Assembly (NCBI GenBank): GCA_963702025.1
Contig: OY969699.1
Coordinates: 389,746 to 453,745 of the forward strand
DNA: 64,000 nt
Direction: 5' to 3'
Source of the DNA: an uncultured bacterium
GTDB taxonomy: Bacteria; Babelota; Babeliae; Babelales; Vermiphilaceae
Shown here: one piece after another, positions 43,980 through 53,010 of the stretch
Layout: each line of letters opens with the position of its first letter
Numbering within the stretch: position 1 is the stretch's first letter
Position numbers and translations under genes: made by a program
The notes under the pieces: generated by a model
What the model was told of the DNA's origin: nothing
Seen by the model: the letters and a program-made list of their open reading frames with translations, nothing else
Databases searched by the model: none

Positions 43980-44972
43980 TTATTGTTCAAGAATTTCTAA
44001 AAGCCTTTTAAAATCGTCAGGAATTTCTTGCGAAAAAGTATACGGTACATTCTGAAAGGTAAATGAGAGGGATGATGCATGCAATGCATGGCGGTCAATG
44101 AGTTTTGACGATGCGCCATACATAAAATCACCAACAAGTGGATGACCGATCGCGCTCAAATGAACACGAATCTGATGGGTGCGTCCGGTTAGAGGATTAA
44201 TTTGCACTAATGCATGATTGTCAAAGTAACGCAGCACGGTGTAATGAGAAAGCGCGTGGCGAGTTGATGGTTGATTGCGCTGGCGATAATGAGTTGTTAA
44301 CGCCTTTTCATCAGGAATATGAGCCATCATTTTTTTTCGATTAACCGGATGACGGCCAATCGAAAAATCGATACTACCGGTAGCTGGCGGATGGCCTTCA
44401 ACTATGGCCAGATAAGTTTTTGCAATAGTGCGCTGTTTGAACATGGCGCCAAAGGTCATGTGAGCAAAATTGGTGCGAGGGATTATTAAAAGCCCCGATG
44501 TTTCTCTATCAAGACGATGCACAATTCCCGGGCGTTCAATACTGCCCACATCAACCAGCTCGTGATGGTTGGTCAAGAGCCAATCAACAACAGTTGGTTC
44601 GGTAGTTATTGTTTCGGTTTGATGAACAAGCAATTTGGCAGGTTTGGCAATAATAAAAAAATGTTCGTGCGCATAGAGTATCTTAATGCCTAAATCAGAG
44701 TTCACTGGGTTAAAAAGAGGCCGACTTGCTTCAAGTGGAAATGAGATGATAATAGTATCAGCTGTTTTTACCTGGGCGCTCGATTTTGCCGGTTGGGCAT
44801 TAATAGTAATAGCTTTTTGTTCCAGCAGGCCTTGAAAAAAACTGCGAGAATATTCAGGGAGCGCCACTGATAAAAATTTATCAATACGCTGACCTGCTTG
44901 CGATTCTTCAACCACCAACGATACTGTTGATGAAACTGGTTTGTTAGTGCTAATCTGAGATCTCATCTCCAT
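43980..44972 (-). CDS. rluD: RluA-family 23S rRNA pseudouridine synthase (RluD-like)
   Basis: S4-like N-terminus (QRIDKFL) and the catalytic motif HRLDRETSGLLII, followed by GRTHQIRVHL. Confidence 0.88.
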   Translation of the reverse strand: MEMRSQISTNKPVSSTVSLVVEESQAGQRIDKFLSVALPEYSRSFFQGLLEQKAITINAQPAKSSAQVKTADTIIISFPLEASRPLFNPVNSDLGIKILYAHEHFFIIAKPAKLLVHQTETITTEPTVVDWLLTNHHELVDVGSIERPGIVHRLDRETSGLLIIPRTNFAHMTFGAMFKQRTIAKTYLAIVEGHPPATGSIDFSIGRHPVNRKKMMAHIPDEKALTTHYRQRNQPSTRHALSHYTVLRYFDNHALVQINPLTGRTHQIRVHLSAIGHPLVGDFMYGASSKLIDRHALHASSLSFTFQNVPYTFSQEIPDDFKRLLEILEQ

Positions 44973-45150
44973 TTGTGCCCCATTAGGATTAAAATAGTAA
45001 AAAACTCCTTATTTTTAAAGATAAGGTATTGATACAGAATGTCAATCAAAAAAACCCTAATAGACAAGCTTTTTTTAATGGTTTAGTATGAGAAAAGCAG
45101 AGAGCAAAGATATGCTCAAAAATTTACTTAAGTAAATCCGTTTGCCTCGA

Positions 45151-45236
45151 TCCTTCGATACGCACCTTCGGTGCTACTCAGGATGTGTAAAAAACCACAC
45201 ATGGTGAGTGCGAGCTAAGCGAGCGTATCGAACCAT
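45151..45236. repeat. dispersed palindromic repeat: inverted pair in the mgtE upstream region
   Basis: Left arm ccttcgatacgcaccttcggtgctactcaggatg at 45151-45183. Right arm catggtgagtgcgagctaagcgagcgtatcgaaccatg at 45199-45236. The small hairpin tgtg-N-caca lies between them. Confidence 0.6.
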
Positions 45237-45268
45237 GACCCGAACGAACGGAAGTAAGGAGAATGTTC

Positions 45269-46627
45269 ATGAATAGTCAACGCTTATTGCATGAAATTCA
45301 GGATCATATGGAGGCGGTTATTACCCAGAATTCAGATTTGGGTAAGGGCCTCTGGGAACAATTTTTGCAGCTACATCCTGCTGATATAGCTGATTTTTTT
45401 TCCGATATTGATCCGGATTATTTCCAGTTGCTTTTCTTGAAACTCCCCAAAAAGCTTCAACTTGAGGTGTTTCAGGAGTTTTCAGATATTATCAAGGTGC
45501 ACAGCCTTGCCTTTATGAATGAGCAGGAACGTGTTGATGCGTTGAACACCCTCCCCATAGACCAATTAACCGATTTATTTGATCTTTTTTCTGACGAAGA
45601 GCTCAAGGTCTATTTAGAACTACTCAATAAAATGGCACGTGAAAAGGTGCTTTCGTTGTTAAAATTTGACCCGGAATCAGCCGGGGGCATCATGGACACG
45701 GAAGTTTTGGTGCTTATCCAGGATTTTACCGTAGAAAAAAGCATCCAAGTATTACAACGATTGCAGCCCAATAGAGAGATTTATCAACAGATTTATATCA
45801 CCGATCGCGATCATCATTTGCTAGGGCATATTCGGCTGGAAGATTTGGTATTGCAAAATCCCCAAGCGCGCATTCAATCCTTTATGCGGACAAATGAATA
45901 TGTGGCGCGCCCGGATGAAGATAGAGAGCCGATTGCAAAAAAAATGGTGCACTATGGCTTGATGACCGTGCCGGTTGTGGATGAAAATAATATATTTTTA
46001 GGAATCATTACCAATGAAACATTGGTTGATGTGTTGGTTGAAGAGGCCTCTGAAGACGTGCAAAAAATGTCTGCTTTGGCGCCAATGAAATATCCTTATT
46101 TTGAGACGTCATTTCTTCGCCTCTTATTTGAACGTGGCTATATTCTTATTGCACTACTCTTGGCCCAATCATTTTCTACCACTATTATGAAATCCTATCA
46201 AACAACATTGGAATATGGGGTTTTGCTTTATTTTACCACTATGTTGATTTCCACCGGCGGCAACACGAGCAGCCAAACATCGGCAATTGTGATTCAAGGG
46301 TTAATTACCGGCGAACTGCATGCCATGAATGTGTTTAAATTTTTGCGGCGCGAACTACTGATGTCGGTAATTTTAGGCCTTATTTTGGGCATCGTTGCTT
46401 TTTTTAGATCATATATTGCTGCTGCATCACTTATTGAAAGTGTTGCCATTAGCGCCTCATTAACAATTATCGTGATAGTTTCCACCATGCTTGGCAGCCT
46501 TATACCTCTCATGTTAAAAAGGCTGGGTATCGATCCGGCATTCTCCGCCGGTCCATTTTTGGCAACTTTAATGGATATTTTAGGAATTCTTATCTTTTGT
46601 TTTGTGGCACGTTGGATCTTGTTTTAA
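45269..46627 (+). CDS. mgtE: magnesium transporter MgtE
   Basis: N-domain, two CBS-like segments (LLGHIRLEDLV, FLGIITNETLVDVL), then 5 TM helices with the GGNTSSQ and PFLATLMDILG motifs. The ATG at 45269 is 8 nt after the AAGGAG RBS. Confidence 0.9.
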   Translation: MNSQRLLHEIQDHMEAVITQNSDLGKGLWEQFLQLHPADIADFFSDIDPDYFQLLFLKLPKKLQLEVFQEFSDIIKVHSLAFMNEQERVDALNTLPIDQLTDLFDLFSDEELKVYLELLNKMAREKVLSLLKFDPESAGGIMDTEVLVLIQDFTVEKSIQVLQRLQPNREIYQQIYITDRDHHLLGHIRLEDLVLQNPQARIQSFMRTNEYVARPDEDREPIAKKMVHYGLMTVPVVDENNIFLGIITNETLVDVLVEEASEDVQKMSALAPMKYPYFETSFLRLLFERGYILIALLLAQSFSTTIMKSYQTTLEYGVLLYFTTMLISTGGNTSSQTSAIVIQGLITGELHAMNVFKFLRRELLMSVILGLILGIVAFFRSYIAAASLIESVAISASLTIIVIVSTMLGSLIPLMLKRLGIDPAFSAGPFLATLMDILGILIFCFVARWILF

Positions 46628-46636
46628 CTAAGTTGA

Positions 46637-47173
46637 CTAAATATTGTTTTCTTCAAAGTTAGAAACATCAAAAAAATACAAATGGTTGGCTTTGCAGATT
46701 TCATCTGAAGGTGGTTCTTGTATTTTTTCTCTTGAATTTTTATTAAAAACGCCAATGAGCTTAATAGATCTATCAAGGAATTTTGCATGTTTTTTAGTAC
46801 GTTGAATAACCAGATATTCGCTCATGGTATAATATCCGGTTTCTCTCTTATCTTTATCGAGAATAGGATTTACCCAGTGGCCTCCTGCTTCGTGCATATT
46901 CGTTAATTGCCCGGCGCCGATGCTTAATTCTGAGAATCCTGCTTTTAACTCCGCTTTTATTTGAGCAACACAGGTAGGCTTAGTTTCTTTCATAAACTCT
47001 TCGCTGGACATACTTTGCATTGGCAATATGTGGAGTGCTGCAAAGAGTAGTGCCGTTGCAGTAATTATTTTTATTCTACTTCGCAAGAAAACCTTGGATG
47101 GTTTTTTGCTTCGAAGAATTGCAGCACGATACAACGACTCAAAAGCCGTTGCGCGCTTCATTTGTCTGTTCAT
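46637..47173 (-). CDS. hypothetical exported protein
   Basis: 178-aa ORF with a basic N-terminus and hydrophobic segment ITATALLFAALHILPMQSM. No family recognised. Confidence 0.45.
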   Translation of the reverse strand: MNRQMKRATAFESLYRAAILRSKKPSKVFLRSRIKIITATALLFAALHILPMQSMSSEEFMKETKPTCVAQIKAELKAGFSELSIGAGQLTNMHEAGGHWVNPILDKDKRETGYYTMSEYLVIQRTKKHAKFLDRSIKLIGVFNKNSREKIQEPPSDEICKANHLYFFDVSNFEENNI

Positions 47174-47419
47174 AAAGGTTTCTTGGCCTCGCGAACTTTC
47201 TGTGGTTTTTTCTTAGTTAACAGATCTTTTTTCTCAAGTTGCGCCTCAAATTGCTCTACCGTTTGCACATTACTTTTGAAATCTTTGGGTAAAGATCCCA
47301 AATTTCAGCTCCATAATCTGCAGCTTTCAAATGAAATTCTTTTAAAAAAGGCGCTGCGTCCGCCGAAGCTGATAAGCGAAGGCCGGATAGCCAAATTTTT
47401 TAAAAGAATTTAAAAAATT

Positions 47420-47494
47420 TGGCGTCCCCACAGGGAATCGAACCCGGATTTCCGCCGTGAAAGGGCGATGTCCTAACCGTTAGACGATGGGGAC
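47420..47494 (-). tRNA. tRNA-Glu (anticodon UUC), CCA encoded
   Basis: The reverse complement is GTCCCCATCGTCTAACGGTTAGGACATCGCCCTTTCACGGCGGAAATCCGGGTTCGATTCCCTGTGGGGACGCCA. It folds as a cloverleaf with anticodon loop CTTTCAC. There is one C-U mismatch in the T stem. Confidence 0.85.
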
Positions 47495-47546
47495 GTGTAA
47501 TTTGAAAGAGAAATTTCTAAGTATCAAACCATCCTTTAAAGGACTG

Positions 47547-47620
47547 GCTCTACTTCGCTGCTGACGCAGCTACGAAGAGCGGTCCGCGCCAGGCCCTTCG
47601 ACTTCACTTCGCTCAGGATA
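47547..47620. repeat. structured repeat-related sequence filling the tRNA-Lys/tRNA-Glu spacer
   Basis: An imperfect long hairpin gctctacttcgctgc-tgac-gcagctacgaagagc, then cccttcgacttcacttcgctcaggat. The latter is a short inverted member of the family (ctgag...tcgaaggg core). Confidence 0.45.
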
Positions 47621-47677
47621 AACTCCGCTCTTACAAACGTGTTTATACTTCGGAGCCTAACCTGCGTAGGCGAAGAC

Positions 47678-47753
47678 TGGTGAGCCGCGTTGGAATCGAA
47701 CCAACGACCCACAGCTTAAAAGGCTGTTGCTCTACCGACTGAGCTAGCGGCTC
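47678..47753 (-). tRNA. tRNA-Lys (anticodon UUU), CCA encoded
   Basis: The reverse complement is GAGCCGCTAGCTCAGTCGGTAGAGCAACAGCCTTTTAAGCTGTGGGTCGTTGGTTCGATTCCAACGCGGCTCACCA. It forms a perfect cloverleaf with anticodon loop CTTTTAA. Confidence 0.92.
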
Positions 47754-47915
47754 AAACACACCAATTCAAACAAAAATTGAAAAGACATTAATAAATAGTA
47801 GAGATTGAGGGTATTTTTGTCAAGCAAAAGCAAATTGTAACGAAAAAGAATTATTATCTAGAGCTTTTTTCTTATCTTTCTGATTATATCCGATCTTTCA
47901 TCTATTGCACGGAAT

Positions 47916-48036
47916 CCGTTCATGGTGACCCTTCATTACGCACCTAAAGCTTCGAGTAATTAAGCCTGCAGGGATTAAATTACCCTTCGATAAGCCGCTG
48001 TGTGAGCGGCACTCAGGGCGAGCGGGCGAAGGGTAA
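47916..48036. repeat. dispersed palindromic repeat: partial unit plus an inverted unit nested in a long hairpin
   Basis: ccgttcatggtga at 47916-47928. ttacccttcgataagccgctgtgtgagcggcactcagggcgagcgggcgaagggtaa at 47980-48036, followed by T8. Confidence 0.55.
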
Positions 48037-48256
48037 CTTTTTTTTGCTTTGAAGAATAAAATCTTTTCTTTTTGAATAATAAAAGATGGCTCTTGATCGA
48101 TGCTCCATGCCTGTAGAATTGCATATTTGAATTAAATATAAATGTAATAATCCGTGCGTTTGACAAGGGAATATTTTAATATAATCTTAAAGTTAAGCTT
48201 TCTTTTAAATTAAGTTCTAAAATAAATGTTTTTATAGCTATTTTAAGGTATCACAC

Positions 48257-49420
48257 ATGAAAAAACTTTTATTAATACTCGTTAGTTCTGCTTCAGCATT
48301 AAACATGAATGCTGAGCCAATATCAGAATTTGTTACATGGGCCAAAGATCCTTTCACCAACATTATGGTTAATGAAGGCGTGAGCGCTTTAGGCAAAGAT
48401 GCAAAGGCTTTGGCTGCCGCATCATGGAAACTTGCACAAGATGGCTACAAAATGTTGCCCAGTAAAGAAGTCCTCTTGAAATCAGTAAAAGATGGTGGAA
48501 ACAAATCTTATGCTGCGGCCAGAAGTTTTATTACCAGTAACCCGAGGGCTACAATTTTTACTGCAGTAGGCGCCGCATTCGCTGCTCCGCTTATAGCCGG
48601 TTTGATCGCATCTTTTTATGATGAAAAAAAACGCACTGCGGAAGAAAACGAATTGAGATCCTTGCAGGTTATTATCTATGGTATCAAAGATTATTTGAAT
48701 AAATTTCCCGATGAAAGCACTAATCCATTAGATCCTGAAATTACACGCTTTAATAATGAAATCATGTTACGTGCATTTTATGACACCTTAAAATATGCAA
48801 GTGAAGAATTAAATAACTGTTCACAATGCTTTGTAAATTTAAATCTTAAAAGTCAAATTGATAATGTAATAAAAATTATCAATAATGATATGACCGTAAT
48901 AGGATTGGAAAACAAAGAGTTTGAAAAGGCTTTTATTGATTTAAAAGCGGCCATGAAAGTTCTTAATGATTGGGTATCCACCTCATCGCGTGGTTATGTT
49001 AGCTGGTTCTCTTCTTTTATAAAGCATGTTAACAACGTTGAGCATTATTTAAATGCCCTTCGTTCACCGGTTCAAGGTGAGAAGGTTCCATCAGTTGAGT
49101 CCATTCAAGAAGACGTTCGCAAAAGAGAAGCTTATGAGACTCTCGACTGGATTAATAGAGTTCAGTTTGTGTCTATTCATCCAGAGCTGATTGAGGCATT
49201 TAATCACTTAAAGCAAATAGTATGCGAAGACATTACAAACGTAACGGTCAATAATGCGGAATTAAAAAGATTGCTATACGGTTTAGAGCAAAGCGCATTC
49301 ACGCGTTTACAAAAAATTGATAAATCAATTGCGGTCTCTGTTGCTTTTGGAGCTATTCCAACAATAAGCTTTCCGCTTATTGCGTTTGCAAAGATTGTAG
49401 AAGGATTCGATCATCAATAG
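48257..49420 (+). CDS. hypothetical exported/membrane protein
   Basis: 387-aa ORF with signal peptide MKKLLLILVSSASALNMN, an internal TM (IFTAVGAAFAAPLIAGLIASF) and a C-terminal hydrophobic segment. No family recognised. Confidence 0.5.
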   Translation: MKKLLLILVSSASALNMNAEPISEFVTWAKDPFTNIMVNEGVSALGKDAKALAAASWKLAQDGYKMLPSKEVLLKSVKDGGNKSYAAARSFITSNPRATIFTAVGAAFAAPLIAGLIASFYDEKKRTAEENELRSLQVIIYGIKDYLNKFPDESTNPLDPEITRFNNEIMLRAFYDTLKYASEELNNCSQCFVNLNLKSQIDNVIKIINNDMTVIGLENKEFEKAFIDLKAAMKVLNDWVSTSSRGYVSWFSSFIKHVNNVEHYLNALRSPVQGEKVPSVESIQEDVRKREAYETLDWINRVQFVSIHPELIEAFNHLKQIVCEDITNVTVNNAELKRLLYGLEQSAFTRLQKIDKSIAVSVAFGAIPTISFPLIAFAKIVEGFDHQ

Positions 49421-49478
49421 TCGGCTCACACAAGGTTAAAAAATGTTGTTTATTATTAATCATTCATGGAGGATTCCT

Positions 49479-49859
49479 ATGAATACTTTCAAATCTATGT
49501 TATCAGTAGCAGTGTTATTGTCAGGTATGTCAGCAGCTGCTTTTCCAGGTCAAGCATTCATTCAAGCTATTAGAGCAAGAATACCATCTATGCCATCTAT
49601 GCCTTCCAAAAAAGATGCTTCTGAATTTTTAGCACTTGCTAGTGCTACAGCTGGAAATACGTTGAACAATGCATATCAATGTGCTCAACCGTATTTGACC
49701 AAGAAAACTGCTGCTATTTCAGCAGGCGTTATAGCTACTACCGCTGCCACCGCGGTTGCCTACAAAAAAGGTTACTTTGGTAAAGCAGCTAACGTTGTTG
49801 CAAATGCTGCAAAAGCTGCAAAAAATGCAGCAGCTGCAAAATTTGCGAGCAAAAAGTAA
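49479..49859 (+). CDS. small exported protein with conserved AYKKGYFGKAAN C-terminal module (paralogue 1)
   Basis: GGAGG RBS before the ATG at 49479. Signal peptide, Ala-rich TM segment, basic tail. Confidence 0.5.
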   Translation: MNTFKSMLSVAVLLSGMSAAAFPGQAFIQAIRARIPSMPSMPSKKDASEFLALASATAGNTLNNAYQCAQPYLTKKTAAISAGVIATTAATAVAYKKGYFGKAANVVANAAKAAKNAAAAKFASKK

Positions 49860-49882
49860 TCAGATTTCTCTCTGATCTTTGA

Positions 49883-49903
49883 GGGGGTGTGCAACACGCC
49901 CCC
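49883..49903 (+). terminator. stem-loop terminator candidate after 49479-49859
   Basis: gggggtgtg-caa-cacgccccc, a 9-bp stem with one G-U pair, followed by gcttaattct (weak T tract). Confidence 0.45.
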
Positions 49904-49940
49904 GCTTAATTCTAATCCGTCTTTATATATGGAAAATTAC

Positions 49941-50318
49941 ATGAAATTAAAAAAAATTATTTTATCAGCAGCATCTGTAGCATTATTGCAATCGATGTCT
50001 GTTGTGGCTGGAATACCAACTAAAGATTTCAACTTCTTAGAAGATTCGGCTCATTTAGAAAAATGTTTAGAGTTTGCACCGCAGGCGTTTTTTGATGTCC
50101 AGAAAAGTATTACGAGCACTATGAAAAATTTTGCGACCAATACTCTTACTAAACGTAATGTTATTGGTGCAGCAGTAGTTGCAACCGTTGTAGGTTCCGC
50201 TGTTGTTGCCTATAAAAAAGGTTACTTTGGTAAAGCAGCTAACTTTGTTGTAAATACCGCAAAATTAGCAAAAAAAGCATTAACCGGCCCAATAGTTGAT
50301 CCAAATTCAGGTAAGTAA
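49941..50318 (+). CDS. small exported protein with conserved AYKKGYFGKAAN C-terminal module (paralogue 2)
   Basis: MKLKKIILSAASVALLQSMSVVAG signal peptide. Same C-terminal module as paralogue 1. The start is uncertain (49929 or 49941). Confidence 0.45.
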   Translation: MKLKKIILSAASVALLQSMSVVAGIPTKDFNFLEDSAHLEKCLEFAPQAFFDVQKSITSTMKNFATNTLTKRNVIGAAVVATVVGSAVVAYKKGYFGKAANFVVNTAKLAKKALTGPIVDPNSGK

Positions 50319-50343
50319 TCGGTTTTCTCTGTAATCTTTAAAA

Positions 50344-50368
50344 GGGTGCTTTATCGCACCCTTTTTTT
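50344..50368 (+). terminator. intrinsic terminator after 49941-50318
   Basis: gggtgc-tttatc-gcaccc followed by T7. Confidence 0.7.
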
Positions 50369-50485
50369 GTGCCAAATTTTTTATCAAACCCTGCATGAGT
50401 TTCTTTTCAAAAATTAAGCGAGAGCTATACTGGTGTCTTGAATTCATCATACTTTCTCATCATTTAACGCAAGAAAGAATCTACC

Positions 50486-51502
50486 ATGAAACAAATGCAT
50501 CGCCTTATCATAACAACAGCTCTATTCTTTTGTTCACTTGCACATGCTTTACAGGAAAGCACGTATCACTATAAAGAAGAACTGGAAAATTTTAAAAAGT
50601 CACCGCAGTATGAGCTTATTTTTAATGAAGATACTCATCCGATAGTAAGGGGTCTCAATCGTGATATTGAAAATTATAAAGAATTGACAAATTGGCAACG
50701 AATTACGCGATTTGGATTGTTAACATTTGCGGTAGTTGTTACTGCTGATGCCATGCCAAAACTCTATGCATGCATTGATGGCGTGTGTAATAAAAGTAGA
50801 ATTGCAATGCCTACCGTCTTTGTAACGGTAGACAAAGGATTTTTTAATGCGGCGGCAATAAAATTATTAAAAAGCACCGGAGCCATTGTAATTGGCCAAA
50901 AGATGATATACAAGACAAATGATCGTCAATTAGAGGCGATTATAGCCCATGAGATAGGCCACATTAAACATGATCACATAAATAAAACACTTGAGTTGCT
51001 TTTGCCAACTGCCGTTATTATTCAAGCGTTAAAATATTGCATTCTCAATAGATTTAGGGTGTTTCCAGAAAGTAATAAATTGTTCTATTGGGCAGTCGAT
51101 ATTTCTCTAACATGGCGTTTAGCAGCCATCATAACCAACCTGATGCTTAATAAGAAATTTGAAAAAGAAGCCGATGAATTTGCCTATGGAGATATGGGCA
51201 AAGGGGAGGGACTCATTGAGTTTTTTGATCTGTTGCAAGAAAAAGAATTGCAGACAGATGCAGATTTTATTGCCACGTATGTCAAATTGCAAGAGAATGA
51301 ATCAGAGATTGAGCCGGCAGATTATGCCGGTTTGAAGTTTAGTTTTTATGTAGCAAGGGGCATCCGTTATTTGGAAAACGCGTATAGATGGTTTTATTAT
51401 AATACTCGGTATGGGGCGCATCCCAGCCCGCAAGCGCGTAGTGCAACGATTCAAAAATATCTTGAAGAACAAGTTGCGGATGAAGAAATTGATACTGAGT
51501 AA
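50486..51502 (+). CDS. M48-family zinc metallopeptidase (HtpX/Ste24-like)
   Basis: HEIGHIKHDH (HExxH) with a downstream E (EKEADEF). Signal/TM segments present. Confidence 0.7.
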   Translation: MKQMHRLIITTALFFCSLAHALQESTYHYKEELENFKKSPQYELIFNEDTHPIVRGLNRDIENYKELTNWQRITRFGLLTFAVVVTADAMPKLYACIDGVCNKSRIAMPTVFVTVDKGFFNAAAIKLLKSTGAIVIGQKMIYKTNDRQLEAIIAHEIGHIKHDHINKTLELLLPTAVIIQALKYCILNRFRVFPESNKLFYWAVDISLTWRLAAIITNLMLNKKFEKEADEFAYGDMGKGEGLIEFFDLLQEKELQTDADFIATYVKLQENESEIEPADYAGLKFSFYVARGIRYLENAYRWFYYNTRYGAHPSPQARSATIQKYLEEQVADEEIDTE

Positions 51503-51613
51503 TAAATAGGGCTAAAGATAAGATGCCTTTTAATTAGAAAGCTTTGTTGAATTTTACATACATCCATGTAAAATATACATAAATATATAAATTTTCATTG
51601 CTCAGGAAAATAT

Positions 51614-51805
51614 ATGAAAAGAAGAGATTTGGAGCGTGCGCTTACCAAGTTAGGTTGGTATCTAAAGAGAAATGGTGCAAAGCATGATTTGTGGACTAAT
51701 GGCCAAGAAGAAGAGACAATACCGCGGCACAATGAGATTAATGAGTTGCTTGCAAAAAAGATTTTAAGGACAGCTCAAAAAGCTTCAAAAAGGGAAATAA
51801 AATGA
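51614..51805 (+). CDS. hicA: type II toxin HicA (mRNA interferase)
   Basis: MKRRDLERALTKLGWYLKRNGAKHDLWTNG...IPRHNEINELLAKKILRTA is the typical HicA/YcfA pattern. The protein is 63 aa. Confidence 0.85.
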   Translation: MKRRDLERALTKLGWYLKRNGAKHDLWTNGQEEETIPRHNEINELLAKKILRTAQKASKREIK

Positions 51806-52215
51806 AAATTGTCGGAAAAGTTTGGAAAAGCGAAGATAGAAAATTTTGGCTTGCGGAGATCCCAGCTTTAGATCTTATGACGCAAGCAAAAAGCAAAAAA
51901 GCAATACCTGAAATGATTAAAGATGCGGTAGAACTATTGATGGATGATTCTTCTTTTTCTGTAAAAGTAACAGCGTTTGATGATTTTGTCTTTCTTGATG
52001 CAAATGATACAAAAAAATTAATTGCATTAATTCTTAAAAGACAAAGGCAGAAAAATCATTTGAATTTAGAAGAAGTTGCGACACATTTAAGAGCGCGATC
52101 AATCAATGAATATGCACAATATGAACAGGGTCGACATTTGCCCAGTTTTGATAAGTTTGAACAATTATTAAAGGCAATAGATCCGAATCTAAGTTTGTTT
52201 ATGTCATTGAAGTAG
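51802..52215 (+). CDS. hicB: type II antitoxin HicB with C-terminal XRE-type HTH
   Basis: ATGA overlap with hicA. N-terminal HicB fold pattern (KFWLAEIPALDLMTQAKSKKAIPEMIKDAVELL) plus HTH LNLEEVATHLRARSINEYAQYEQGRHLPS. Confidence 0.8.
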   Translation: MKIVGKVWKSEDRKFWLAEIPALDLMTQAKSKKAIPEMIKDAVELLMDDSSFSVKVTAFDDFVFLDANDTKKLIALILKRQRQKNHLNLEEVATHLRARSINEYAQYEQGRHLPSFDKFEQLLKAIDPNLSLFMSLK

Positions 52216-52232
52216 GTTTTAAAGGTGAGTTT

Positions 52233-52772
52233 ATGTATATCAATAAAATTGGTATTAAATCTTTGTTTAGGTGGTTTTCAAAAAAAAATATTAAAATAGA
52301 ACAAAACAATCGAGATGGATCAGCAAATGCAACTCAATCAGGTTTTGCCAATAAACAAACGGTTACTGTTGTAAAGAGTAGTAGTCAAAAACAAAGGGAT
52401 GATAATGAAAAGGCTCTTGAAAAATTTAGAGCTTTCAAAAAAATATTAAATGTATGGTTTCAAGAGAGAAAAAGTGAAAAGAAATATGCCGAATCAGTCT
52501 CAAAAGTATTTGATGCTTTGGATGATTTAATATTTGCTTTGAATTTTTTAGAAGAAAGCCATAAAGTTGCTGAATGGTTGCCTACTTTGAAAGAATTGCA
52601 TTCTATTTTAAAGCCGGAGTCTAAATTTTTTTCTGTAGGAAATAGGATGAGCGAGTTCTTTTCTCAACTCGATACAGAGTGGTATGATCGCAATAATTCG
52701 GAATTTGAGATTTTAGAGAATTTAGAAAAAGCTCTTGTTGAACTCTGTAAAGAAGGCCGCAAAAAAGATTAA
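52233..52772 (+). CDS. hypothetical protein
   Basis: 179-aa ORF 17 nt after hicB. No signal peptide or recognisable family. Confidence 0.4.
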   Translation: MYINKIGIKSLFRWFSKKNIKIEQNNRDGSANATQSGFANKQTVTVVKSSSQKQRDDNEKALEKFRAFKKILNVWFQERKSEKKYAESVSKVFDALDDLIFALNFLEESHKVAEWLPTLKELHSILKPESKFFSVGNRMSEFFSQLDTEWYDRNNSEFEILENLEKALVELCKEGRKKD

Positions 52773-52794
52773 AATTTTGAAAGATCGATGTTCT

Positions 52795-53010
52795 TTAATA
52801 GTAACTCATAATTAAAAATCCATTTGTCCAAAAGCCAAAGCCATGGACGTTGAGGATATCCGGCGATCCTGCACCTTTGTTGATAAAGCCTAATTTTTCA
52901 TATAATTGGAATGCTTTTTTATTGCATTGCAAAGGTTGCGCGGTGCATTGTTCCTTTCCCCGTTCGTGCTGATTTATGCAAGCCTTAAGATTTAATATCT
53001 GGTGACTCAA
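52795..53010 (-). pseudogene. C-terminal fragment of a GNAT acetyltransferase
   Basis: ...CNKKAFQLYEKLGFINKG... is the GNAT motif-B/C-terminal pattern. Only ~70 codons remain. The ORF starts at a TTG immediately after an in-frame TAG, and the acetyl-CoA-binding motif A is absent. Confidence 0.4.

Noticed and set aside
44973..45268. M-box (ykoK) Mg2+ riboswitch upstream of mgtE
   Set aside because: I could not find the conserved M-box core (GTTAGGTGAGGC-type) sequence. The leader is occupied by copies of the dispersed repeat instead. An Infernal scan is needed to be certain.
47165..47345. Possible decayed small minus-strand gene just upstream of 46637-47173 (KEFHLKAADYGAEIWDLYPKISKVMCKR* then, in another frame, TVEQFEAQLEKKDLLTKKKPQKVREAKKPL*)
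   Set aside because: It needs a frameshift to be continuous, has no recognisable family and no clear start. It is too weak to call.
47162..48166. ORFs 47162-47413 (+) and 47975-48166 (-) as genes, and a possible integrated element next to the tRNAs
   Set aside because: Both ORFs run through repeat-derived or intergenic sequence with no RBS and low-complexity translations. I found no integrase, attachment-site duplication of a tRNA 3' end, or phage genes near the tRNA pair.
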